Below, in pieces: positions 11,531 through 22,846 of a stretch of 64,000 bases of DNA. Both the position numbers and the translations under genes were made by a program. The notes beneath the pieces were generated by a model. It was not told the origin of the DNA and did no database searches. It worked only from the letters and a program-made list of their open reading frames with translations. Source of the stretch: Octopus sinensis (taxonomy: Eukaryota); assembly GCF_006345805.1 (NCBI RefSeq), contig NC_043006.1, positions 84,940,001 to 85,004,000 on the forward strand, read 5' to 3'. The stretch's first letter is position 1, and each line of letters opens with the position of its first letter.

Positions 11531-12420
11531 CATCATCATCCTCATCATCATCATAGGCTGTTTGGAATTCCTGGCGCAACATAGGCTCCCCACAACAGCC
11601 ATCCAATGGGTTTTTCTTTTCATTTGGTCCTCTTCTACTTATCTCGGCAAAGTGACGCTCGGCCATCCTGCCTTCGCTTTACTCTCCAGAAACCAATTCA
11701 AGGCTCGCCTTGCCAAATACCTCCATAGTCTTCTTAAAGTATGGCCGAGCTATTTCCATATACGTTTGGTGACCAATGATTTCCTGGTTGGTTTTAGCCT
11801 GGACGTCATTGTTGCTCGTAATTTCTAGATATCTAAAGCTTAGAACGTTTCTGAGTCATTTGCTCGTGAATTTCGGAGTTTTCCAAGGATATTCGCGTAC
11901 ATTCGCCATGACTCAGCCCCAAAACAGATTTGATGCTACTCTTGAAAAGTCCCAGCACATGTCTGGATTGAGCTTTTGTCTTTCTAACAGGCTTCAATAT
12001 GTTAAAAGATTGGCTCTCTTTCGTAAGTTTCAATTTAACTTTCTCCTCTGTATCTCCAGTTATGGATATCATACCTCCTAGATACGTAAAACATTTCACT
12101 TTTCTTTTCAGTACGTTATTTTCGATCATGACAAAGCCAGGGTCATCGCATTCAATTTTCATAATCTTTGTCTTTCCAAACTTAACCCTCACTCCAGTTT
12201 TCACCGTTAGTGCCTTCTGTCTTTCTCTTCATGTCTTGGACGTTCTACGAAATCAGATTTGCTTGATTCTAGAAAAGCCCAGATTCCCTAGCATCCGTTC
12301 TTGTATCTACAATATACCTGATTGCTCGGCTTGCGTAATGTGACGCCTTACTGTATCAAGAAGATCATCAGTGAATACAGACACCTGATCGTCAAAAACT
12401 TTGACGTAATGAGGAGGACC
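11531..12420 (-). mobile_element. RTE-clade LINE 3' fragment, degraded
   Basis: Minus frames: FTDD motif near 12370, KTKIM..KCFTYLGGMISITGDTEEKVK.., ending in a (TGA)n tail at 11531-11553. Confidence 0.8.
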
Positions 12421-12876
12421 TCATGACAGAAGACATATAAAGCGCAACAAGTGTTGGAAAATTCCCGCCAAGAGTTTACTCTCGTCATGATTCTCTTTGA
12501 AAATAATATTCAGTACACGTCTGGCAATGTTCTTAATTAGTGTGGACTGTCAGTTCTAGTACAAACTGTAGCTACCATGTTCGCAAAAGATTTACTTAAA
12601 TTGGAAGCGAGAGATTATAGACAGCTGTCAAGTGACAACTAAGGTGGCAAAATCCAAAAATATCTGCCGCAATCATCATTATAATTACAGAAATATAATT
12701 GAAACTTTATCCTAGTTTCTCATAGAATTATAGAAACTATGAATTCTCTTTCTCAACGTCGTCGTCGTGTACTGTATATTGATGACAGCGCAACGGAAGT
12801 CTTCCCGATTAAGCGACAGTTCTCCAGCTGCCTTGCCATTCTTGATCAACCAGCTCGTGATATTACTCATCCGTTC

Positions 12877-13254
12877 GGCTATGTGGTAAGTAACTTGCTT
12901 ACCAACCACATGGTTCTGGGTTCAGTCCCACTGCGTGGCACCTTGGGCAAGTGTCTTCTACTATAGCCTCGGGCCGACTAAGCCTTGTGAGTGGATTTGG
13001 TAGACAGAAGCTGGAAGAAGCCCGTCGTATATGTATGTGTGCGTGTTTGTGTGTCTGTTAGTCCCCACACACACACCCGCAGCATCGCTTGACAACCGAT
13101 GCTGGTGTGTTTACGTCCTTGTAACTTAGCAGTTCAGCAAAATAAGTTCTAGGCTTTCAAAGAATAAGCTCTGGGGTCGATTTGCTCAACTATAAAGGCG
13201 GTGCTCCAGCATGGCCGCAGTCAAATGACTGAAACAAGTAAAAGAGTAAAAGAG
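12877..13254 (+). mobile_element. Family A SINE, near full length
   Basis: TGTGGTAAGTAACTTGCTTACC..GGGTTCAGTCCC head through ATGACTGAAACAAGTAAAAGAG tail. Confidence 0.9.
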
Positions 13255-13832
13255 TTACCTCTTCATCTACTACACTCTTTCATTCATGGTAATGCTTTCC
13301 AGACCTCTGCTTCTTCGAATATGGCCATAATAGATGAGCTTTTTCTTTTTTCTTTTCTTTTCACAATGTTCAGGAGTTCCCGTCTTCCACCAACTTCTTG
13401 TAACACTCATCCATTTGACTGATGATTCTTGTAAAAGACTCGTAACATTCTCCTATACACCCATATTTCAAACCTTTTAATTATATTCTTCTCAAATTTG
13501 TTCAGAGTCCATAGTGTGCAACCACAAATGTCTATTAACATTTCTGAAGTTTCCCCTATTTCTCAAAAGTGACATTGTGCTGGTTATAAATGCCATTATC
13601 ATTCTACAAAAACGAGTCTAATTCAGATGGTGCCTATGGGTTCGAGCAATAGCTACGTTAACGATGCCCTCAACTATCCTTCAGAGTTTCTTAATTCTCA
13701 TCACTCTACTTCTGTCCCACCTCACTATTTGCAACGGGAAGCAGGCTCACTCATTATGTTACTTCAAAATTTGAATGCACCAAAACACTGAAATGGTACA
13801 AGATTAGCTGCCAAAATTCTTAGGCTCTATAC

Positions 13833-14058
13833 CAGCAGTCCTCAACGTTTCTCGCACTTCGGATCTGTTTCATGCAAGGCAATTTTCCTACAGACATATA
13901 ATTTAATTATTACACATATATTATGCGAAAACACCCTGCAGACTGTGATAGTCAATAAAATGGTGATAAAATTCTAAAATATATTCTTTCTGTACGACTC
14001 GGTACCAAATGATCTACGGCTCGGTACTAGTCCGCGGCCCGGTGGTTAAGGACACTTG
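13833..14058. mobile_element. hAT (Charlie-like) MITE
   Basis: Degenerate TIRs CAGCAGTCCTCAAC / GTTAAGGACACTTG; 8-bp TSD CTCTATAC (13825-32) / TTCTATAC (14059-66). Confidence 0.8.
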
Positions 14059-14161
14059 TTCTATACGACCAAATCCACTGTTATGAATGACTATTCCAAG
14101 GCCGATGTTTTCATCTCAAGCATTCCACTCGTCCCAGAAGATATACTACTTCCATTTAAGC

Positions 14162-14417
14162 CTGTGGTTCTCGCCCATTTTTTACGTATGGACCCATTTG
14201 ATTCCTGTTTTGTTCGGGTGAATCCTCATAATTATTCCGTGTGTAAAAAGAAAATCCCATTCGACTTTTATAATTAAATATTATTAGGAATTGTATAGAA
14301 AAAATTGTTAAAGTATTCAGTGTATTGTAGAAGTATAACTAATTTAATGCACATGAATTTTAACAAAATCTTATATGGACCTCCAAGGGCCATATGGCTC
14401 CCGGTTGAGAGTCATAG
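14162..14417. mobile_element. hAT-type MITE
   Basis: Ends CTGTGGTTCTC / GAGAGTCATAG; 8-bp TSD ATTTAAGC (14154-61) / ATTCAAGC (14418-25). Confidence 0.8.
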
Positions 14418-14497
14418 ATTCAAGCGCTTACAGTTTCAGGTGGTGTATTCTTTTCTTATGACCATCAAACAAATTGCAAAGACATTCTCCTATATAA

Positions 14498-14900
14498 GGC
14501 GGCGAGCTGGCAGAAGCGTTAGCACGCCGGGCGAAATGCTTAGCAATATTTTGTGTGCCGCTACGTTCTGAGTTCAAATTCCGCCGAGGTCGACTTTGCT
14601 TTTCATCCTTTCGGGGTCGATTAAATAAGTACCAGTTACGCACTGGGGTCGATATACTCGACTTAATCCGTTTGTCCCCTCTGTGTTTAGACCCTTGTGG
14701 GTAGTAAAGAAATAGGTATTTCGTCTGCCGTTATGTTCTGAGTTCAAATTCCGCCGAGGTCGACTTTGCCTTTCATCCTTTCGGGGTCGATTAAATAAGT
14801 ACCAGTTACGCACTGAGGTCGATATAATCGACTTAATCCCTTTGCCTGTCCTTATTTGTCCCCTTTATGTTTAGCCCCTTGTGGGCAGTAAAGAAATAAG
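14498..14900 (+). mobile_element. Tandem dimer of family B SINEs
   Basis: Full copy 14498-14715 (GGCGGCGAGCTGGCAGAAGCGTTAGC head) fused to a second copy that lacks its first ~45 bp. Confidence 0.88.
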
Positions 14901-15559
14901 ACATTCTCCTCAAGATTGTTGGAGCCGTACTTACAAATCCATATTTCTTTCATGGTCAGCTTTGTTGCATGTTCACGTGTTGAGTTGGGCCTAGCAAATA
15001 TCGTTTCCGTCAAAGTATCAAATCGCAGAACAAGAAATTCCACTCACAAGAAATTGGTCAATTCAATGCCACAAGAAACGAAAACGCTTTCCCAAGTTAT
15101 CACAAAATAGGATTGAACCGGGAACTGCATGACTGGAATTGAATCTTTTAATCACACAACCATACTCGTTTATTTTTCCTATTTCCTTTTCCATGTCAAT
15201 CATACCACGTGAATGATATTCTCAGAATTTACAGTATTTTTCGACTGTCTACTTCCTTTATCATGAAGTATTTGAAGTATTAAGTGGTCGTCTGCGTTTG
15301 TCAGATATCATCATCGTCGTCGTCGTCATCACCATCATCATAATCGACGTCGACGTCGTCATCATCATCATCATCATCATCGTTATCGCCGTCATGCTTG
15401 CGAGAGCCAGACGGAATTTGCCAGGTGCATTTTCTACGGTCGGATTCCTTTCCTGTCACTAACCCTCACTTGCTTTCGAGTAAAGTAACATTTCTGCATC
15501 ACTGGACATGTTTTCATGAAAGGTTGAAAATGAAGACATAATCAGAATGTCTAACTTTT

Positions 15560-15775
15560 TTTTTGGTTCCAATTTAAGCACAAAACCAGAAAAATCTATG
15601 GGAAAGGGTCAATCGATATTATCGACCTCAATACTTCACTGGTTTTTTATTTTATGGAACCATGAAAGGCGGGAAGGTAAAGTTGACATCGGGCGGAATT
15701 TGAACTCAGAACGTAAAAAGACCAGCAAGGATTTTTTCCCCCGACGCTCAAACAATTCTGCCGCCTCACTCCAAA
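15560..15775 (-). mobile_element. Family B SINE (degenerate)
   Basis: CGGAATTTGAACTCAGAACGTAA motif in minus orientation. Confidence 0.7.
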
Positions 15776-15865
15776 TAAAACAAGTTGAATTGTTTGGCTT
15801 TCAAATTTTACTAAAGAACGAAATCGAGGACAATTTGTAATGTTTTATTTTTATTTTCCAAGTTT

Positions 15866-16242
15866 CAGGTATATGATTGCAGCCATGCTGGGGCACCGCA
15901 TTGAAGGGTTTTGTCGAACAAATCGACCTCAGATTAAAATTCGTTTTTTTTTTCAAGTGCGGTACTTACCTATTCTATTGTCCTCCTTTTGCTGAACCGC
16001 TAATTTGCGGGAACATATGCAGAACAACACTGGTTATCTAGCGGTGGGGGAGTACAAATACGAGCACAAAGACACACACATACATACATGCATACACACA
16101 CACGCACACACACATACATACATACATACATACATACATACATACATACATACATACATACATACATACATACATACATACATACATACATACATACATA
16201 CATACATACATACATACATACATACATACATACATACATACA
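15866..16242 (-). mobile_element. Family A SINE 3' half ending in an expanded (CATA)n array
   Basis: GCAGCCATGCTGGGGCACCGC..GAACCGCTAA..ACAAAGACACAC, then (CATA)n at about 16080-16240. Confidence 0.75.
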
Positions 16243-17140
16243 AATCTTGTGTATAAATGTACCGTGCACACAAGGGGAGGGCAGACGGCCGATTCATTGG
16301 GCAGACGGCCGATTCATTTAAGAATCGCTATCGCTACCATGACGCCAGCTTGAAGAGAATCAATAAGAGACATTCAACATCTTAAGCCAATTTTGTGTGG
16401 CAACTGAAAGAAAACAAAATTAAATATAACATATTTTAGTCCATAGTAAGGCACGCAAAACCATACAATATCATTTCCAAGAGATGCCGATTTTGTTCCG
16501 AGGAATCCCTGTATGTTCTGTGAACCAATGAGAAGATCATTAATGGAATTTCTGAAAGACTCTCAAGACGCCTACATACATATAAATGTACTTTCGCACA
16601 ATGCAGTAGGAATGAATTTAAGTAAATGTTAACATAATAGATTTAAGATATGGATGAATTAAGTCTAGCTTTAATCTCTCCATACTTATAAACACCAAGT
16701 AGCTATTTAACTCACGATGTGAACATGTGTGCATCAAACATATATGTGCGTATGCTTACATCTTCGTGAATGCTTGTATGATCGAGTGTACATGCGTCAT
16801 TCAGCTTGCGCGAGGGCGTTTATACATCCATATCTGTTAACGGTTATTTTTAATACTTTTGTTGCTGTATTGTGTGTTCGTTTCTTTTTTTTTTTTTTTG
16901 CATCTGTTATTTTATGCTTGATCTTCTACATAAATGAAGATATAACCTTTGTTTTGCCGCCTTTCTTTACACGACATGAGAAGATACATTGCGGAACTTT
17001 TATTTTAACGAATTATATTTATTTATCACTCGAATAGACACATCTGCACTGGCGGATACCCCTGAAACAGTTGTTAAGTATCCCACTCGTGAGGGATCGA
17101 TTCTAGATGTGTCGAAACAATTGTCGTGATTAATAAAAAT
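16243..17140 (+). mobile_element. Penelope-like element 3' end: GIY-YIG endonuclease remnant plus 3' UTR
   Basis: NLVYKCTV..GQTADSFKNRYRYHDASLKRINKRHSTS*ANFVWQLKENKIKYNIF*SIVRHAKPYNIISKRCRFCSEE.. matches the PLE GIY-YIG domain (FKxRYxNH, WxLKE, KRCxLC). A 20-bp tandem duplication (16279-16318) disrupts the YIG motif. Confidence 0.85.
17049..17130 (+). ncRNA. Two degenerate minimal hammerhead-like motifs in tandem
   Basis: CTGGCGG..GAAACAGTTGTT (17049-17075) and CTCGTGA..GAAACAATTGTC (17086-17125); the second has palindromic ACAATTGT plus a GUC site; AATAAA follows. Confidence 0.45.
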
Positions 17141-17169
17141 TTTTGCATCTTCCATCTTCCGTCTTTCCT

Positions 17170-17179
17170 TTACCTTACA

Positions 17180-17217
<38 letters not shown>

Positions 17218-17395
17218 CGGGTTTCCACAGATTCCTTCTACCATATTCGCTCACAAGACGTTGGTCTGATCGGAATTACAGAAGACACGTTCCCAAAGTG
17301 CCGTGCAGTGGAACTGGACCCTAAACCACGTGGGTGTAAAGCAAGTTTCTTAACCACATAGCTATGCCTGTGCCTATGCCCATGCCTACGCCTAT
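17170..17395 (-). mobile_element. Family A SINE 5' half
   Basis: CCCAAAGTGCCGTGCAGTGGAACTGGACCC..AACCACATAGC. Confidence 0.75.
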
Positions 17396-17615
17396 ATCTT
17401 GAACTTAATGAAATAATAATATGGAGACTTCGTATATTTCATGCATCAGAAAATATAAATAAGAACATTTATAAAACGTAGGATTTACACAAAGTTCTGA
17501 CTGTTCAAAACTACAATCCTTTCATAGATGTAATGGTAAATTGAGATTTCGCCTTTTCTATATTTGTTCTAATTCATTACAAGAGGTATATTGGTATGTG
17601 TGTGTGTGTATATAT

Positions 17616-17719
<104 letters not shown>

Positions 17720-18762
17720 TGTGTGTATGTGTGTAATAAGGTATGATAATTACGCGTTAGACAATGATTTTCAGAAGTTGTCCTTATAGTAACTAACAAC
17801 GATCAAATACATTTCCCACTGTATATTTCCGTATTTTCAATAAATTTTAAATTTCACGGTTCCCTCCTCTGTCTCTCCTCTCTTTTCCCTCTGTCTCTCC
17901 CTACTCTTCTCTCTCTTGATAAAAATGTCATTAACGCTAATTCTCCTACTCATTAAAGGTTTAATTTCATTTGATTAAGATTGTCTTTTGGGCTCACAAC
18001 AATAACTATGTTGGCCAGCACTTAACTATACGTTCTTCGTGCAGAAGGCATCTCGAGGAAATTTTCCGCTAGAAGGTAGTATTGCTAATGTCGAGTAGCC
18101 TCAGTAAACTTAACTTGAACTGATGTTACAGTTGTTATTGTTACTTAGTCCAGAGTTGGCACTGTTCGAACAGACCTATGACCAAAGGTATTCCAGCTGT
18201 AACCGTTCCACCTTGTGCAATGAACCGAAGACAACATAATCCAATATAATTTTTTTCTGAGATACGTAGGACGTTCAACCGATGGAAATTTGGCTGCTGC
18301 GTTTAAGCGGTTGAGTGACCTGATCTTTAATGACGTACAGAAGTTGTTGTTTTGTCCCAGGTGAGACAAAAACGAGCGGATATTTGATCAAAGCTGTTCC
18401 AGCTGTGACAACAGAAAACGTCATCTTTTTTTCTTGGCACTGTGTATTCTGTACTTTACACGAGAGAGATTTAGTTGATATTTCTAGCGAATTAAGCGGC
18501 CACATAAGAGCACAGAGGCTACTGCCGTTGGTTTGTATGTAGGCAGTTATTACATAATCACGAGTACAAAATGGAATTTTAAAAAGGAAGCTCACGGTTT
18601 TTAAATTGAAGGGGTTTAAACGTCAAGAAAGAAAGAAAAGGAAGCATTGTTTTCTGATGTCATGGAAATTTATGCAAATCCAAAGAATTACTGTAGCTTA
18701 TTAATGATGCGTGTGGATAAAATTTGAAACTCTCTCTTCTCCAGTCACTGATAGATACCCCC

Positions 18763-18803
<41 letters not shown>

Positions 18804-18807
18804 CTTT

Positions 18808-19242
18808 TCTTTTACATATTTCAGTTATTTATCTGCGGCTATGCTGGAGCACCGCCTTTAGTCGAACAAATCGACCTCAGGACTTATTCTTTGTAAGCCT
18901 AGTATTTATTCTATCAGTCTCTTTTGCCGAACCGCTAAGTTATGGGGACGTAAACACACCAACATCAATGTCAAGCAATAGTGGGGGTGGGGGGGCAAAC
19001 ACAGACACACAAATATATATATTTATATATAACTGTGGTAGGTTTCGGCCAGTATAGGACCAAGCCATGTCTGACTTAATAGAACTACGGGCTTCTTTCA
19101 GTTTCCGTCTACCAAATCCACTCACAAGGCTTCGGTCGGCCCGAAGCTATAGAGGACACTTGCCCACGGTGTCACTCAGTAAGACTGAACCCGGAATCAC
19201 GGTTAGGAAGCAAGCTTTTTACCACACAGCCACTCCTGTACC
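18808..19242 (-). mobile_element. Family A SINE
   Basis: Tail at 18808, head ending CACAGCCACTCCTGTACC at 19242. Confidence 0.85.
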
Positions 19243-19321
19243 GATATTATACATACATATATATATGTATATAACAGGAAGCTTTACGAAAATATACAAA
19301 AGACGAAGGCAGTATATATAT

Positions 19322-19696
19322 ATGGCTGAGTTAAGTAGCTTGCTTACGAACCACATGGTTCCGGGTTCAGTCCCACTGTGTGGCACCTTGGGCAAGTATC
19401 TTCTACTATAGCCTCGGGCCGACCAAAGCCTTGTGAGTGGATTTGGTAGACGGAAACTGAAAGAAGCCCGTCGTATATATGTATGTATATGTTTGTGTGT
19501 CTGTGTTTGTCCCCCCAGCATCGCTTGACAACTGATGCTGGTGTGTTTACGTTCCCGTAACTTAGTGGTTCGGCAAAAGATACCGATAGAATAAATACTA
19601 GGCTTACAAAGAATAAGTCCTGGGGTCGATTTGCTCGACTTAAGGCGGTGCTCCAGCATGGCCACAGTCAAATGACTGAAACAAGTGTAAGAGTAA
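19322..19696 (+). mobile_element. Family A SINE, near full length
   Basis: Head and tail both present; divergent from the copy at 18808-19242. Confidence 0.9.
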
Positions 19697-19779
19697 ATAT
19701 ATATATACACGTGTATATATAGATGTGTATATGTGTGCGTATATATATACATAGTTTCCACAATTGATTCGTGCCGACA

Positions 19780-21448
19780 CAGACAAGACCAGATCAGATC
19801 AGAAATACTCTCGGTTTCTCTCTCTCGCTATCTTTTCTCCTTCGACCTCCAAAATTATCTGGCAACAGTTAGATAGAACAAGAACGACATGCAGCCGTAG
19901 AGGAGACTAACGGCTGACTGACTGCTGGGTTTGATAGTCGGAAAGACAGCACTCAACAAAATGGAAGAAACCACAACAGCAGCAGCAGCAGTATCAGTAA
20001 TGACAGAAGGAATAGTAGTTGTAGTGGGAGTAGTGTTCTGTGGTTGTGGTAGCAGCCGAAAATAGTGGCGGTAATAGTAGTAAGAATGATAGTAGTAGTT
20101 GTTGTTGGGAGGGAGTTAGAGAAAGGAAGAAAATAGAGAGAGGGGGTGTGTTTGTGAGTAGGAGAAAGATAAATAGATAGAATGTGAGTGTAAGAAAGAC
20201 AGAAGGGAATGAGAGAGTGGGAGAAAGAAGGTGAGAGTGAATGGGAGAACGATAGAGAGAGAGTGAGAGTGGGAGAAAGACAGAGAATGTGTGAGTGGTG
20301 GAAAGATAGAGAGAGAATAAGAGGAAGATAGAGTGTGAATCGGAAAGAGAGAGAACGTGTGAGTGGGAAAAATAGAGAGAGTGTGAGTGGAGGAAAGACA
20401 GAGGATAAAGTGAGGCTAGGAGAAAGAGAGAGAGTGAGGGTAAGAGAGATAGAAAGAATGTATGAGTAGGAGAAAGATAGTGTGTGAGTGGGAGGAAATA
20501 GAGATAAAGTAAGAGTGGAACAGAGAGAGAGAAAGAGAAAGCTTGAGTAGAAGTGTATAAGCCACAGTAATAATAATAAACAGCTGCAGTAGTAGTATCA
20601 ATAGTATTATTATCAGTAGTAGTAGTGGTAGCCGTAGCACTAGCGATCCCATCAGCCTTAGTTGTAGTACTAGCATCCACTGCTAGTAGTGGCAGCGGCT
20701 ACATGTCGACAACAAGCTTTCAGCAGCCAAAATTCTCTTGGCGATGATGATGACACCACCTTGAGGAAGAGAAGAGAAGAAATTACATTTACTATAAAGA
20801 AGGAAAACAACACAAAAAGAAGAAAAAAAAAACGAAAAATATATTAACAAACTTATGTATATATAATATAATAAAATATATATATATACATATATGTTTA
20901 AGCCCTGGGATAACTTTATTGATATATATACCTGTTTGTGCCATATTTTTTTTAAATTTAAATTTTAAAAAAAAAGGAGAATTTCTGCTTTATTTTTAAA
21001 TTTTCCTTCAAAGTCCACCCTCCAATAATTTCCTTCAATACAAGCCTACCTTCGTTTCTCTTTCAGATAGAAAGAAAGAAAGAAGGGAAAAAAAACACGC
21101 ACGCGCGTATACACACACATATACAAACACAATTATATATATATATATAGATATATAGATCTACACATATATATATATACACACACAAACAGTCCCTCTC
21201 CTCTCTCTCTCACTCAGTCAGTCAATCAGTCACTCACTCACTCTCTCACTCACTCTCCCTCTCTATTTCTCTTTATTTCTATATCTTTCTCTTGCTAATC
21301 CATCTTGCTTGCATTCAAAAAAAAAAAAAAAAAGAAAAGGAAAAAGAAAGAAAAAAAATTTCTACTCACTCCTTTTTAGCCGTGAAATAATATTATTAAA
21401 TTTTGCTTTGTCGTCTCTCCTGCGATCGTTCATCACCACAAAACAAAA
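19780..21448 (+). promoter_or_regulatory. Probable promoter/5' UTR region of the MTSS1-like gene
   Basis: 1.7 kb with no recognisable SINE directly upstream of the ATG, with CAG/TAG-rich, GA-rich and CT-rich segments; the TSS cannot be placed. Confidence 0.3.
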
Positions 21449-21520
21449 ATGGATTCAAAGTTAGAAAAAGATTGCAGTGCTCTGGGAGGCTTGTTTCAAG
21501 CCATCATAAACGACATGAGA
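21449..21520 (+). CDS. MTSS1: Coding exon 1 of an MTSS1/MIM-family I-BAR (IMD) domain protein
   Basis: AAAAATGG start; 72 nt encode MDSKLEKDCSALGGLFQAIINDMR, followed by a canonical GTAAGT donor at 21521. Recognised by similarity to the vertebrate MTSS1 N-terminus (MEAVIEKECSALGGLFQTIISDMK). Paralogue assignment (MTSS1 vs MTSS2-like) is not resolvable. Confidence 0.93.
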
Positions 21521-22046
21521 GTAAGTAAATCATATTTATATTTATATATTAATATATATTTATTTTTCTTTTCGCTTCCCTTTTTCACAACCAACATCTC
21601 CCCCCTCCCCCCTCTCAACATAAACAAGCATACATGTGCGTGTGTGTACGTTATGCGTGTTGGTGTATGTGTGTATATATATATAAATATATATGTGTGT
21701 ATATGTATTCATGCTTGTATGTATGTGTATTTATGCTTGTATATATATAAATGTGTGCGAGAGAGAGTGTATGTTTATGCGTGTTCATAATCTACGTATA
21801 TGAAAAGTGTTAAAGTGGTATATATCTATCTACATGCTTATACGTATATATACACGTAAGGTGCTGGAGTGGTATACATATTATAATTTCGAATACTCAT
21901 TTTATTTCAGTCCCAAATATATAGCCTTTCTTTCTCAATGTGTGCGTGTGTGTATATATATGTGTGTTTGTGTATAAATGCGTGTGTATATAAATGCCTT
22001 TGTACATATATATAATTGCGTACGTATATAGGTACTAGTAGTACCC

Positions 22047-22090
<44 letters not shown>

Positions 22091-22304
22091 TTGTGTATAA
22101 ATGTGTGTGTGTGTATATACTTGTATATATTAATGCGTGTGTATATACATGTATATATTAACAATTAGTGCGTGTGTGTATAAATTCATGTGTATATATA
22201 CACACGTGTTTATGTATGTATATATAAATACGTGTGTATATATACACATAAAAAATGCGCGTGTATATATATATACACAAATGCGTGTGTATCTATAAAA
22301 ATGC

Positions 22305-22353
<49 letters not shown>

Positions 22354-22785
22354 GGACGCGTATCTATAAAAAAGAATGCATGTAAATATATGTATATATA
22401 AATTATGTGTGTCTATGTGTAAATATGTGTGTATGTATATATTTCCTTCATCAAAGGTCCACCACTACAAATGGCACGTTTTATCGATCTAATCCTCCTA
22501 TAAGGTTTATTTACCATTCAAAATATAATATTTGTTTCCCTGTTTATTTTTATTTTTCGGTTTGAAACAAAAGTAAGGAGACCAAAGTATTTCAGCCCTT
22601 TATCCTTTGCTTCTCTATATCTTCTTGATATCCTTGTTTGTTCGTTTTCTACTCTTCTTCTTCACTGTATCTCCTTCTCACTTTTTCTTCTTTCTCCCTT
22701 GTTTATCTCTATCTCTTACCCTCCTCTATTCTATTTCTCTATTTACTATTTCTGTTACACACACTTCCTCGAATGTGCTTATATA

Positions 22786-22846
<61 letters not shown>

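Larger units (their letters stand above)
13514..14490 (+). mobile_element. Helitron (Pif1-type) helicase remnant split by two MITEs
   Basis: NYPSEFLNS..PPH..GSLIMLLQNLNAPKH*NGTRL..DVFISSIPLVP..PFKRLQFQVVYSFLMTIK, colinear with the Helitron helicase consensus once the inserts are removed. Confidence 0.88.

Noticed and set aside
19994-20680. 228-aa minus-strand ORF
   Set aside because: Translation of the CT/TA-biased complement of the GA-rich tract; low complexity only.
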